Below the pieces are notes generated by a model that saw only the letters and a program-made list of their open reading frames with translations, did no database searches and was not told the DNA's origin. The translations under genes and the position numbers were made by a program. DNA of 64,000 nucleotides from the human T2T-CHM13v2.0 reference genome, Homo sapiens. Where the stretch lies: NCBI RefSeq assembly GCF_009914755.1, contig NC_060929.1; one strand, written 5' to 3'. Positions 47,681 to 64,000 of this stretch are shown piece by piece; the first letter of the stretch is position 1; each line of letters opens with the position of its first letter.

Positions 47681-50679
47681 TTTTTCCTTTTCTTATTAAA
47701 AATTTTCTTATTTTTAATTTTTGTGGGTACATAGTAGGTGTATATATTTGTGGGGTACCTGAGATGTTTTGATACAAGCATTCAACGAGAAATAATCACA
47801 TGATGGAGATTGGGGTTACCATCCTCACAAGCATTTATCTTTTGCATTACAAACAATCCAGTTACACTCTTTTAATTATTTTAAAATGTAAAATTAAGTT
47901 ATTATTGACTATAGTTACCCTGTTGTGCAATCTGTTGATGGATACTTAGGCTGTTTCCAAATCTTAGCTGTGGTGAATAATGCTGCAATAAACATGAGAA
48001 TTCAGATAGCTCTTTGACATATTGATTTCCTTTCTTTTGGGTATGTGTCCAGCAGTGGGATTGCTAGATTACACGGTAGCTCTATTTTTAGTTTTTTGAG
48101 GAACCTCCAAACTCTTCTCCATAGTGATTGTACTAATTTACATTCCCACCAACAGTATATACAAGGGTTTCCTTTCAACACATCCTCACCAGCATTTATT
48201 ATTGCCTGTCTATTGGATATAAGCCATTTTAACTGGTGTAAAATGATATCTCACTGTAGTTTTGCTTTGCATTTCCCTGATGATCAATGATTTTGAGCAC
48301 ATTTTCATATGTCTGTTTGCCATGTATATGTCTTCTTTTGAAATATGTTTATTTAAATCTTTTGCTGATTTTTTGATTGGATGAATTGATTTTTCATATA
48401 GAGTTGTTTGAGCTCCTTATATATTCTGGTTATTAATCCCTTATCTGATGGTTAATTTGCATATATTTTCTCCCATTCTGTAGGTTGTCTCCACCTTTTT
48501 GGTTGTTTCTTTTGCTGTGCAGAATCTTTTTAACTTAATGTGATTCCATTTGTTCATTTTTGCTTTGGTTGTTTGAGCTTATGGGGTATTACTCAAGAAA
48601 TTTTTGCCCAGACCAGTGTCCTGGAGATTTTCCTCAATGTAGTCACATAGTAGTTTTATAGTTTGAAGTCTTAGATTGAAGCCTTTAACCCATTTTGACT
48701 TGACTTTTATATGTGGTAAGAGATAGGGGTCTAGTTTCATTCTTTGCATATGGATATCTTGTTTTCCCAGCACCATTTATTGAAGAGACTGTCTTTCCCC
48801 AGCACATATTCTTGGCACCTTTGTCAAAAATGAATTCATTGTAGGGGTGTGGGTTTGTTTCTGGGTTCTCTATTCTATTCCATTGGTCTATGTGTCTGTT
48901 TTTATGCCAGTACCATGTTGTTTTGTTTATTATAGCTCTGTAGTATAATTTGAAGTCAAGAATGTGATTCCTCCAGTTCTGTTCTTCTTGCTTAGGATGA
49001 CTGTGGTTATTCTGGGTCTTTTGTGGTTCCACATAAATTTTAGGATTTTTTTTCTATTTCTGTGAAGAATGTCATTGATATTTTGATAAGGATTACACTG
49101 AATCTGTAGATTGCTTTTTATAGTATGGACATTTTAACAATATTGATTCTTCAATCCATGATCATATAATATTTTTCAATTTTTTTTGTGTCCTTTTCAA
49201 TTTCTTTCATCAGTGTTTTATAGTTTTAATTATAGAGAACTTTCACTTGTTTTGTTTAGTTAATTCCTAGGTATTCAATTTTATTTGTGGCTATTATAAA
49301 TGGAATTTCTTTTTTCTTTTTCAGATTGCTCACTGTTAGCATATAGAAATGCTACTGATTTTTTGTATGTTGATTTTGTAACCTGCAACTTTACTGAATT
49401 TATCAGTTCAAATAGTTTTTTTTTCTGCAGCCTTCATGTTTTTCCAAATATAAGATCATGTTATCTGCAAACAAGGATAATTTGACTTCCATTCCAATTT
49501 AGATGCTCTTTATTTCTTTCTTTTGCCTGATTGCTCTAGCTAGGATTTCCTGTACTATATTGAATAACAGTGGTGAAATTAGCATTTTGGTGGGTTCCAG
49601 ATCTTAGGGGAAAGGCTTTCAGTTTTTTTCCCATTCAGTGTGATACTAGCTGTGGGTCTGTTGTATATGGCTTTTATTATGTTCAACTATGTTACTCATA
49701 TCTGTAGTTTTTTTAGGGTTTTATCATGAAGGGATGTTGAATTTTACCAAATGTTTTTTCAGCATTACTTGAAATAATCATATGATTTTTATCCTTCATT
49801 CTGTTGATATAATGTATGGTATTGATTGATTTGTGTACATTGAATCATCCTTGCATCCCAAGGATAAATTCCACTTTGTCATTATGAGTGTTCTTTTTAA
49901 TGTATTGTTTAATTTGATTTTGCTGAGGATTTTCGCATCAATATTCATCAGAAATATTGGCCCATAGTATTTTTTTTTTGATGTGACTTTTTCTCGTTTG
50001 GGTATCAGAATAATTCAGGTGTCATAAAATGAGTTTAAAAGTATTCCTTCCTCCTCTATTTTTTGGAAAAGTTTGAGTAGGATTGATAATAGTTCTTCTT
50101 TAAATGTTTGGTAGAATTCAGCAGTGAAGCCATCAGGTCCTAGGCTTTCCTTTACTGGGAGAATTTTATTATGGCTTAAATGTAGTTATTTGTTACTGGT
50201 CTGTGCAGGTTTTGAATTTCTTCCTGGTTCAATCTTGGTAGGTTGTATGTATCTAGGAATTTGTCCATTGATTCTAGATTATATCGGCATATAGTTGCTC
50301 ACAGTAGCCACTAATGATCCTTTGAATTTCTGCAGTATCAGTTGTAATGTCTCCTTTTTCATTTCTGATTTTATTTATTTGGATCTTCTCCCTTTTTTCC
50401 TGAGTTAGTCTGGTTAAAGGTTTGTCACTTTTGTTTAACTTTAAAAAAAAAAACTTTGGTTTCACCGATCTTTTGAATTTTTTTCTTAATTTTAAATTTA
50501 TTTACTTCTGCTCTGATCTTTATTTTTTTTTTCTTTTACTAATTTGGGGGTTGATTTGCTCTTGCTTTTTTAGTTCTTTAAGATGCATCACTAAATTATT
50601 TATTTGAAGTTTTTCATCTCTTTTGATGTAGGCACTTATAGGTATAAACTTTCTTCTTAATAGTGCTTTTGCTATATAC
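47681..50679 (-). mobile_element. 5'-truncated L1MA1/2-like LINE with an internal deletion near 47930
   Basis: tttttgtgggtacatagtaggtgtatatatt 3' end; ORF2 fragments 48579-49032(-), 50274-50465(-); TSD aaatgcaaattattta 47665-47680 / aaatgcaaaattttta 50680-50695. Confidence 0.92.
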
Positions 50680-50769
50680 AAATGCAAAATTTTTAAAAAT
50701 TTAACTGTTAAGAAAGAAGTATATGATTAGCTATATTCAATATATATAACATAAGGATTAACTAGTATA

Positions 50770-51110
50770 TTTCCTGAATTGTATGTAGCAGTATCTATCA
50801 AACATGAGGTGAATCGCCTTTGACTCAGATTTAATTTTTGTGTTTATTGTAGAGAAATCATCAAATAATATTAACACAAAATATATTCATTAGAATTATT
50901 TTTGCAGAATTATAATTATGCCAGCAAATGGAACTATTCTAAATGTCCATCAATAAGATATTGGTTATAAGTTATAAAGATCTATACAATGAAATATTAT
51001 GAAGGCATTGAAAAGAATGTGTGTTTATACTCATTGGAAAGAATATATTACTATGGCATATTGTTAACTAAAAAAAAGAATTTTAAAATGGTTATGTAAT
51101 TGAAACTTAT
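50770..51110 (+). mobile_element. old L1ME fragment
   Basis: gcagtatctatcaaa...cctttgactcag...aaatgtccatcaataaga...caatgaaatattatg. Confidence 0.55.
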
Positions 51111-52194
51111 TTACACTATGATGGAGTAATGAGAAATGACTCACTCATTCATCATAAAAGAATCTAGAAAATTGGATAAAAAACCTGACCCTTGAGAGAA
51201 GGGAAACAAAAGAGGTGAACCCCATGATTACCTCAGATTTTTGCCTGCAGAAACTTTCCAAAACATGTTGCAAAAGAAAGATTCTAATCCTAGGACAGTA
51301 ATCTTGCTTATTTGAGAAGATAGAGACAGGATTTTGAAGTGGCTACCTGGGGTTTGAGGAGAAAGAACTGGAAAGGAGGGAACTATAAAGAAAATAAGCT
51401 TCAGGAATTTGCATAAGGTTCTTCTTAAATCTATTTAAGCCATGCATGCATAAAATGAAATTCCAAAAGTCAAAGCAATTGATTTGCTATTAAATGAATA
51501 CCAGAGTTCACACAAGACTGGGTATCATTCAAAGTTTGACGAGCTATATAACAAGAATTCCTTGCTGAACATCAAGCGTATTCAATCAAGAGACCAGAAG
51601 GTTGACATATTTTGTGGTCCTGAGTAAAGGCTTCTCCACATCTCCCCTCACAAAGTTTACAAGCAAGTTTTGTAATTATCAAGCTGACACTCAAGTAACT
51701 ACCTTCGAGATCAAAGTGCAACCTTATTTAAAGAAAGCCAACACAATCCAACACTCAAAAAAACACAAAATTTATACTGGTCAGTATTCAATTAAAAATT
51801 ACTAAAAATTCTTAAAAGTAGACAACTATGGCCCATTACAGAAGAAAAATCAATCAATCGACAAAAACCAAGAAACAGTAGATATGATAGAACTAGTAGA
51901 ACATGATTTTAAAGCGTCTGTTAGAAATATGCTTAATATGTTCAAACATTCTAGGAAATCACTAATATGAGAAGAGAAATGTATTATATAAAGAAGAGCC
52001 AAATGGGACTTTTGAAAATGGAAAATATGACATTTGAAGGAGGAAAAAAATCACCGCATGGGATAAATAGCAGTTTAGATCCTGTAGACTAAGTAGATTT
52101 TAGTGTATAAAATCACTGAAATTTAAAAGCACTGAAATTTAGTAATAGAAAAATACAACATAAAGCAAAGAGAGAGAGAGAAAATGCTCAAAAA

Positions 52195-52900
52195 CAAAGA
52201 TATAGGCCAAAGGATACAAAGATATAGGTCAAAGGATACAAATTAATGAATAAGTTTAGCAATCTAATGTGCAGCATGAGAGCTATAGTTAATAAAATTG
52301 TATTGTATTGGACAAGTAGATAAAGAAACTGTGGTATATATATATATACGATGGAATACTACTCAGACATAAAAAGGAATGAATTAATGGCATTTGCAGC
52401 AACCTGAATGAGATTGGAGACTACTGTTCTAAGTAATGTAACTCAGGAATGAAAAACCAAACATCATATATTCACATTCATAAGTGGTAGCTAAGCTATG
52501 AGGATGCAAAGGCATAAGAAGGACATAGCAGACTTTGGGGACTCAGAGGGAAAGGGTGGGAAGGGGGTGAGGGATAAAATACTACAAATTTGGTGCAGTG
52601 TATACTGCTCCGGTGAAGGGTGCACCAAAATCTCACAAATCACCACTAAAGAACTTATTCATGTAACCTAACAACACCTGTTCCCAAATAAACTATGTAA
52701 ATAAACATTTTTTAAAAACATTGTTGTACTGGAGATTTTTATTAATTAAATACATTTTAGTTGCTCTCATCACAAAAAAGTATGTGAGATGATAGATATG
52801 TTAATTTGTTTCACTACAGTAAACACTGTACTATCTATATGTATTCCATAACATCATGATTTACACCTCAAATATTCACAATAAAATGTATTAAATAATA
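52195..52900 (+). mobile_element. L1MA6/7-like 3' end, interrupted by L1PB1
   Basis: ggtcaaaggatacaaa...atagttaataaaattgtattgta | tatgtgagatgatagatatgttaatttgtttcacta...acaataaaa; short tandem duplication at 52195-52241. Confidence 0.7.
52313..52716 (+). mobile_element. L1PB1-like 3' end
   Basis: gctaagctatgaggatgcaaaggcataagaa...gggtgcaccaaaatctcacaaatcaccactaaagaactta; degenerate TSD around attgt(a)ttgta(t/c)tgga. Confidence 0.88.
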
Positions 52901-53988
52901 AATATAACAAAAAACTAACAGAGACTGAGTAAATTGTGTAATAATATGAAATGATCTAACATATTTATAATTGGAGTCCTTGATGAAGAGGTGGAAAGAC
53001 AGATAAAATATTTAAAGAAATAGGGTCTGTATTTCTTTCTAAATGGGATAAAATCTATACAGACAAACATTCTAAGAAGTGGAACACACTATTAGAAAGA
53101 TAAATACAAGGAAGACTACACTAAAGGCACTCTAATCAAACTGCATAAACCAGTGAAAAAGACAAAATTTTAAAAGCTCCAAGAGAAAAAAAAAAGACAT
53201 TACTTACAGGAACAGTAATAAGAACAACTAACTTCTCATCAGAAATTGTGAAAATCAGAGGACATTGACAGATTTAAAGTTCTGAAACAATACAAAAAAA
53301 AAACAGTAAACATAGACTATTATGTTTAAGGAAATTTCCTTCAAAATTAAGATGAAATAAAACCTTTTCAAATAAATGGAATCTATTCTTCAGTATGATA
53401 AATGTTAAAAGAAGTTCTTCAAGCAAAAAAAGGCATTAGATACAAATTCGAATCTATACAAAGGAACAGAGTGTCCAAAATAATACATTTTTCTCATTTT
53501 TTAGTATTTTTTAAAATCCCCCTTTAAAGCAAGAATTGTAAGCATATAATATTGTAACTTTAACATATAAGAACATATGGCATCAAAGCACAAATGAAGG
53601 ATCTTTAATGCTACAAGGTTTAATATTATTTGAAGATGGCCTTTGATATGTTTGCGATGTATAAAATTTCATAACAAACAAACAAAATATGTGGTATATC
53701 TTATATACCAATAGTGGAGATAAAAATAAAATACAAAAAACTATTATTTAATTCCAAATAGAACAGGAGTGAAAAATATGAACAAAGATCAGATGGGAAG
53801 AATAGAGAACGAATAGCAAGAGATATGCATATATAGGTATATATATTATATATATGCATCATAAAAATACTAATCATAAGAAAGCTAGATATTAATACTG
53901 ACTTGAGAACAAGAAATATTGTCAGGGATAAAGTAGGACATTACATATGATGAAGGTGACAGTTCACTAAGAAGATATAAACATATAC

Positions 53989-54019
<31 letters not shown>

Positions 54020-54586
54020 CTTACAAACTCAAAATACATTAAACAAAACTACCAAACCTGAAAGAAGTAGGCAAATCCACAATTATAGTTGGAGAGTTGA
54101 GGATTTTAACTCTCCTCTCTCAGTAATTGATAGACTGTATAGAGAGAACAGTAGTAAGAATGTAGAATATTTGAACACAGGAAGAAAATTTGACCTCAAC
54201 AATGATCTCAGAACACACACCAAATTTAACTTGAAACATACAAGTTAGAACTACAAAAATATTAGAAGAAAAATCAGGAAAAATCATTTGATTTTGGGAG
54301 ATGCAAAAATATTTTCAATAGGAGACAAAAAGCATGAGCCATAAGATAATTTAATAAATTTGACTTTATCAAAATTAGCTAAAAACGATGTTTGCTCTTT
54401 AAAAGATAGAATTAAGAAAACGAGAAGTCAAGCCACAGTCTTAGGGTAAATAATCACAATATACACATCTGAGAAAGCACATGTATCCAGAATATATGAA
54501 GAATGGTTGCAAGTCAATAGTAAGAAGAAATATTTTTTCAATAGGCAAACTATTTGAAGAGACATTTCACATAAAAAGATATATGA

Positions 54587-54889
<303 letters not shown>

Positions 54890-55298
54890 AAAAAGATATA
54901 TGAATGGCCAACAAGTATATTTCAAAATGCTCAACATTATTAGTCATCATGGAAATGCAAATTAAAACCACTATGTAACCTCTAAAAGGCTAAAATTTAA
55001 AAGTGCTAGCAAGGATGTGGAATAAATGGAACTCTCATACATTGCTAGCAGTTACACAGAATGGCACAAAATGGAAAACAATTTGGCTGTTTCCTTATAT
55101 ATCAACATATATTTACTATACAACAAAGAAATCCCACTCCTAGTTACCTAAATAAGAAAAATTAAACTTATGTCCACAAAAGTCTTGTACCTAAATATTC
55201 ATAGATACTTTATTTTTGGTAGTCAAAATTTGGAAACAATATTGTCAGGTGAAAACCTAAAAAAATTATGATCTGTTTATAATATAAAATATTACTCA

Positions 55299-58291
55299 CT
55301 TTTTGTTGTGTCTCTGCCAGGTTTTGGTATCAGGATGATGCTGGCTTCATAAAATGAGTTAGGGAGGCGTCCCTCCTTTTCAACTGTTTGGAATAGTTTC
55401 AGAAGGAATGGTACCAACTCCTTTTTGTACATCTGGTAGAATTCGGCTATGAACCCGTCTGGTCCCGGGCTTTTTTTATTTTTATTTTTGGTACACTTTA
55501 ATTACTGCCTCAATTTCAGAACTTGTTATTGGTCTATTCAGGGATTCGACTTCTTCCTGGTTTAGTCTTAGGAGGGTCTGTGTCCAGGAATTCATCCATT
55601 TCTTCTAGATTTTCTAGTTTATTTGCAAAGAAGTGTTTATAGTATTCTCTGATGGTAGTTTGTATTTCTGTGGTGACATTCTTTTTATCATTTTTCATTA
55701 TGTCTATTTGATCTTCTCTCTTTCCTTCTTTATTAGTCTAGCTAGCAGTCTATTTTGTTAAGTGTTTCAAAAAAACATTTTCTGGAATCATTGATTTTTT
55801 GAAGGGTTTTTCATGTCTCTATCTCCTTCAGTTCTGCTCTGATCTTACTTACGAAATGACAGGCCAATACCCCTGATGAACATCGATGCAAAAATCCTCA
55901 ATAAAATGCTGGCAAACTGAATACAGCAGCACATCAAAAAGCTTATCCACCACAATCAAGTTGGCTTCATCCCTGGGATGCAAGGCTGGTTCAAGATATG
56001 CAAATCAATAAATGTAATTCATCACATAAACAGAACCAATGAAAAAAAACACATGATTATCCGAATAGATGCAGAAAAGGCCTTCAATAAAATTCAACAC
56101 CACTTCATGTTAAAAACTCTCAATAAAATAGATATTGATGGAACAGATCTCAAAATAATAAGAGCTATTCATGAAAAACCCACAGCCAATATCATACAGA
56201 ATGAGCAAAAGCTGGAAGCATTCCCTTTGAAAATTGGCACAAAGACAAAGATGCCCTTTCTCACCACTCCTATTCAACATAGTATTGGAAGTTCTGGTCA
56301 GGGCAATTATGCAAGAAATACAGGTTGTTCAAATAGGAAGAGAGGAAGTCAAATTGTCTCTGTTTACGGATTAGATAATTCTATATTTAGAAAACCCCAT
56401 CGTATCAGCCCAAAAACTCCTTAAACTGATGAGCAACTTCAGAAATGTCTCAGGATACAAAATCAATGTGCAAAAATCACAAACATATCTGTACACCAAC
56501 AATAGACAAGCAGAAAGCCAAATCATGAATGAATTCCCATTCACAATTGCTGCATGGAGAATAAAATACCTAGGAATACAGCTAACGAGAGACATGAAGG
56601 ATATCTTCAAGGAGAACTACAAATCACTGCTCAAGGAGATAAGACAGAACACAAACAAATGGAAAAACATTCCATCCTCATGGATAGGAAGAATCATTAT
56701 TATGCAAATAGCAATACTGCCCCAAGTAATTTATAGATTCAATGCTATTCCCATCAAGCTACAATTGACATTCTTCACAGAATTAGAAAACAATACTTAA
56801 AATTTCATATGGAACCAAAAAAGAGCCTGGATGGCCAGACAATCCTAAGCAGAAAGAACATAGCTGGAGGAATCATGCTACCTGACTTCAAACTATACTA
56901 CAAGGCTACAGTAACCAAAACAGCATGGTACTGGTACCAAAACAGATATATAGACCAATGGAACAGAATAGAGACCTCAGAAATAACACCACACATCTAC
57001 AACCATCTGATCTTCAATAAACCTGACAAAAGAAAGCAATGGGGAAAGCATTCCTTATTTAATAAATCATGCTGGGAAAACTGGCTAGCCATAAGCAGAA
57101 AATTGAAACTGGACCCCTTCCTTTCACCTTATACAAAAATTAACTCAAGATGGATTAAAGACTTAAGTGCAAAGCCCAAAACCATAAAAACCCTAGAAGA
57201 AAACCTAGGCACTATCATTCAGGACATAGGCATGGGCAAAGATTTCATGATGAAAAAACCAAAAGCAAATGCAACAAAAGCTAAAATTGACAAATGGGAT
57301 CTAATTAAAGAGCTTCTGCATAGCAAAAGAAACTATCATCAGAGTGAACAGGCAACCTACAGAATGGGAGAAAATTTTTGCAATCTACACATCTGAAGCA
57401 CTTTTGTCTACAAGAAAAAAACAAACAACCCCATCAAAAAGTGGGCAAAGAATATGAACAGACACTTCTAAAAGAAGACATTTATGTAGCCAACAAACAT
57501 ATGAAGAAAAGCTCGACATCACTGATCATTAGAGAAATGCTGGTCAAAACCACAATGAGATACCATCTCACACCAGTCAGAATGGCAATTATTAAAATTC
57601 AAGAAACAATAGATGCTGGTGAGGCTGTGAGGTATTAGGAACGCTTTACACTGTTGGTGGGAATGTAAATTAGTTTAATCATTGTGGAAGACAGTGTGAT
57701 GATTTCTCAAGGATCCAGAACCAGAAATGCCATTTGACCCAGCAATCCCATTAATGGGCATATACCCAAAGGAATATAATCATTCTACTATAAAGGCGCA
57801 CACACGCATATGTTTATTTCAGCACTATTTACAACAGCAAATATATGGAACCAACCCAAATGCCCATAAATGATAGACTGGATAAAGAAAGCATGGTACA
57901 TATACACCATAGAATACTATGCAGCCATAAAAAGGAATGAGATTATGTTCTTTGCAGGGACATGGATAAAGCTGGAAACCATCATCCTCAGAAAACTAAC
58001 ACAGGAACAGAAAACTAAACACCGAATGTTCTCACTCATAAGTGGGAGTTGAGCAATGAGAACACATGGACACAGGGAGGGGAGCAATACACACTGGGAC
58101 CTGTCGGGTGATGGGGGCCAAGGGGAGGGAGAACATCAGGACAAATAGCTAATATATGCAGGGCTTAAAACCTAGATGACAGGTAGATAGATGCAGCAAA
58201 CCACTATGGCACACATATACCTATGTAACAAACCTGCACGTTCTGCACATGTATCCCAGAACTTAAAGTAAAATGAAAATAACTAAATAAA
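55299..58291 (+). mobile_element. 5'-truncated, 5'-inverted L1PA8-like element (minus 55299-~55851, plus ~55860-58291)
   Basis: ORF2 RT fragments 55978-57638; 3'UTR ggacaaatagctaat...gggcttaaaacctagatgac; perfect 15-bp TSD ataaaatattactca 55284-55298 / 58292-58306. Confidence 0.93.
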
Positions 58292-58759
58292 ATAAAATAT
58301 TACTCATCACTAAAAATTGAACAATTACTAGTACACAAAACAACATGGGTAAATTCTAAAATCATATGCTGAGCAAAAAAATGAGCACATACAAAATGAT
58401 AACTTTTATATAAATATGTTAAAGATATAAACTAATCTACCAGAAAGAAGTTCAGTGGCTTCCTGGGTGTGGGAGTGGAGTGGGAATTGACACAAAGAGC
58501 ATAAGAGAATTTTCAAGGTTATGAAAATGTTCTACATCTTTATTATGGTTGTGATTATATGTATAAGTTTGTATACATTTAGCTAAAATATATGTATACA
58601 TCAGTCAAAACTTAGAACACTATATATTCAAAATGGCTTCATTTCACCGCATGAATTATAGCTCAGTAAAGCAGAGTTTGTAAGAAACAGATGGGTATGA
58701 CAATAGTATATGTGTGTGTACATATATGTGGGTATAGCTAGCAACCCATAGGCAGCCGC

Positions 58760-60285
58760 TAGAGGGCCACACCTAGATTTTGTCACTACAAATCACAGAA
58801 TCACCCCCAAAAATCTCAATTTTACACATCTTGTTCTATGAAGAATATCTTCTTTCTTTCCATATCATTCCTTCAATATGTCGATTCCAACAATTTTCAA
58901 CCTGATAAAGACTTAAATACATTGGCTCAACTACCTTTCCACTGGTTGTGATTGTCACCTTCTTTAGGTCCTCATTTCATCCTCAGCCAACTTAGATTCT
59001 ATAGGCCATTATTATAATAACACCCCAAACACTCTTGCTCCGTCTCTCTCTATGTATAACTCATTCAAAAAAAAAAAAAAAAAAAAAAAACTCTACCCCT
59101 GGCTAGGACCCACTCTCTGCTAGTCCTTACTTGCACTCATGCTATACAATGTGGCTGGAGAAAAACAGAAAAACACAACTAAGCTCAATCCTCTCACTTT
59201 AAAGGTATGACCACTATTTCCAGTGGGCCTGACAATGCTCCTGCACTTCACTAATTCATTAGCACTCTCTCTCTCTTCAATCCTCTAATGGTTCCACTTT
59301 CTTTTCACTCTGAGCTAATGACTTTTCTTCTTGGAAGCAATAAAAAACACCTTTCTGCTGAGCACAGTGTCATGCACCTATAATTCCAGCTACTTAGGAG
59401 GCTAAGGCAGGAGGATCATTTGAGACCAGGAGTTTGAGGCCAGTCTGAGAAACATAGTAAGATCTTGTATCTTAAAAATGAAAAGAAAAGGCAACTTTTC
59501 TTTCTTTTGTATTCTTATAACAACAAACTACTCAACTGCCTGCCTCCATGCCAAAATACTGTCCTCCTTTGTTACCATATACAAACCTTCTGTATTCCTA
59601 CCTGATTCTAACTCATCTACTTATGCACTGGACTCAGCAAGCCTACTGAAATAAATTCCAATTAAGAAAATAATTTTTTTCCTTTACCTATCCACCTCCA
59701 ACTTCAAAGAAGTTGAGTGCCCTATCTTTACTACACTTTTTACAGCCCAATTTTTCTATCTCCCTTTATTTAAAAATACAAAGTATATATTTCTACTTCC
59801 TATTTCTTTTGTGGGCTCATTCTTCTCAGGCTTTCTTCCCCATAAATTCTCTGAAATCATTCTTTCCCCAAGGCCACCAATGACCTCCACATTGCTAAAG
59901 CCAACGATCAATTTTTAGTCCTGATCTTCTTTAAACTTTCCATGACACTTGGCATAATTGATCACCTACACCCCTGACTTGACTTCTCCTGACACTTTCT
60001 ACACTTGGCTTTTGATAGTTATAAACACTCACAGATTTTGTTTTACTCACTGATCATTCCCTCTTGCTTATTTTTGCTGGAACCTCCTCCTCTTTTTGGC
60101 TTCAAAATATTAGGCCTCAAGTTAAATCTTCACATCTTTTTTATTTTCTGTTAACATATTCTAAGTAATTTCATCAAGATACATGTTTTTAATGTCGTAT
60201 TTTTTTATTCTCTAATTTTTTCTTTCCTCTTCAATCTGAATCCCTCTTATGAACCAGACATGCTTATTCTCTGCCTGCTTGACAT
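58760..60285 (+). mobile_element. LINE2 ORF2 region, degenerate
   Basis: caaggccaccaatgacctccacattgctaaa...cttggcataattgatcac...ctgcctgcttgacat. Confidence 0.75.
59357..59490 (+). mobile_element. FLAM/FAM Alu monomer
   Basis: single monomer gctgagcacagtg...ggaggatcatttgag.ccaggagtttgaggccag...A-rich end. Confidence 0.85.

Positions 60286-64000
<3,715 letters not shown>

Overview
Primate (most likely human or great ape) AT-rich non-genic DNA, made mostly of transposable elements: L1s from old L1M to L1PA3, Alus, MaLR/ERVL/ERV1 LTRs, MIR, L2 and one hAT relic. Subfamily names come from my recall of consensus sequences, not from a search. I see no intact host gene, RNA gene or CRISPR array, and nearly all ORFs in the track come from repeats. 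The only gene-derived sequence is a processed retrocopy of MRPL57 (MRP63) at ~18.15-18.85 kb; it keeps a 102-codon open frame through compensating indels. The most unusual features are retrotransposition fossils. (1) A ~3.45 kb polyadenylated insert inside a two-LTR MER31 provirus: an inverted L1MA 3' end plus ~3 kb of foreign flank, a probable ancient 3' transduction. (2) A full-length L1PA7 whose whole 5'UTR+ORF1 is inverted, so its antisense promoter/ORF0 faces into ORF2; it is nested in a THE1D LTR nested in a full-length L1MA. (3) That THE1D integrant has the LTR 3' (U5) terminus at both ends. (4) A two-fragment locally templated insertion. (5) A 12 x 43 bp VNTR with no differences between copies that I can see. 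I find no evidence for a new multi-gene biological system.
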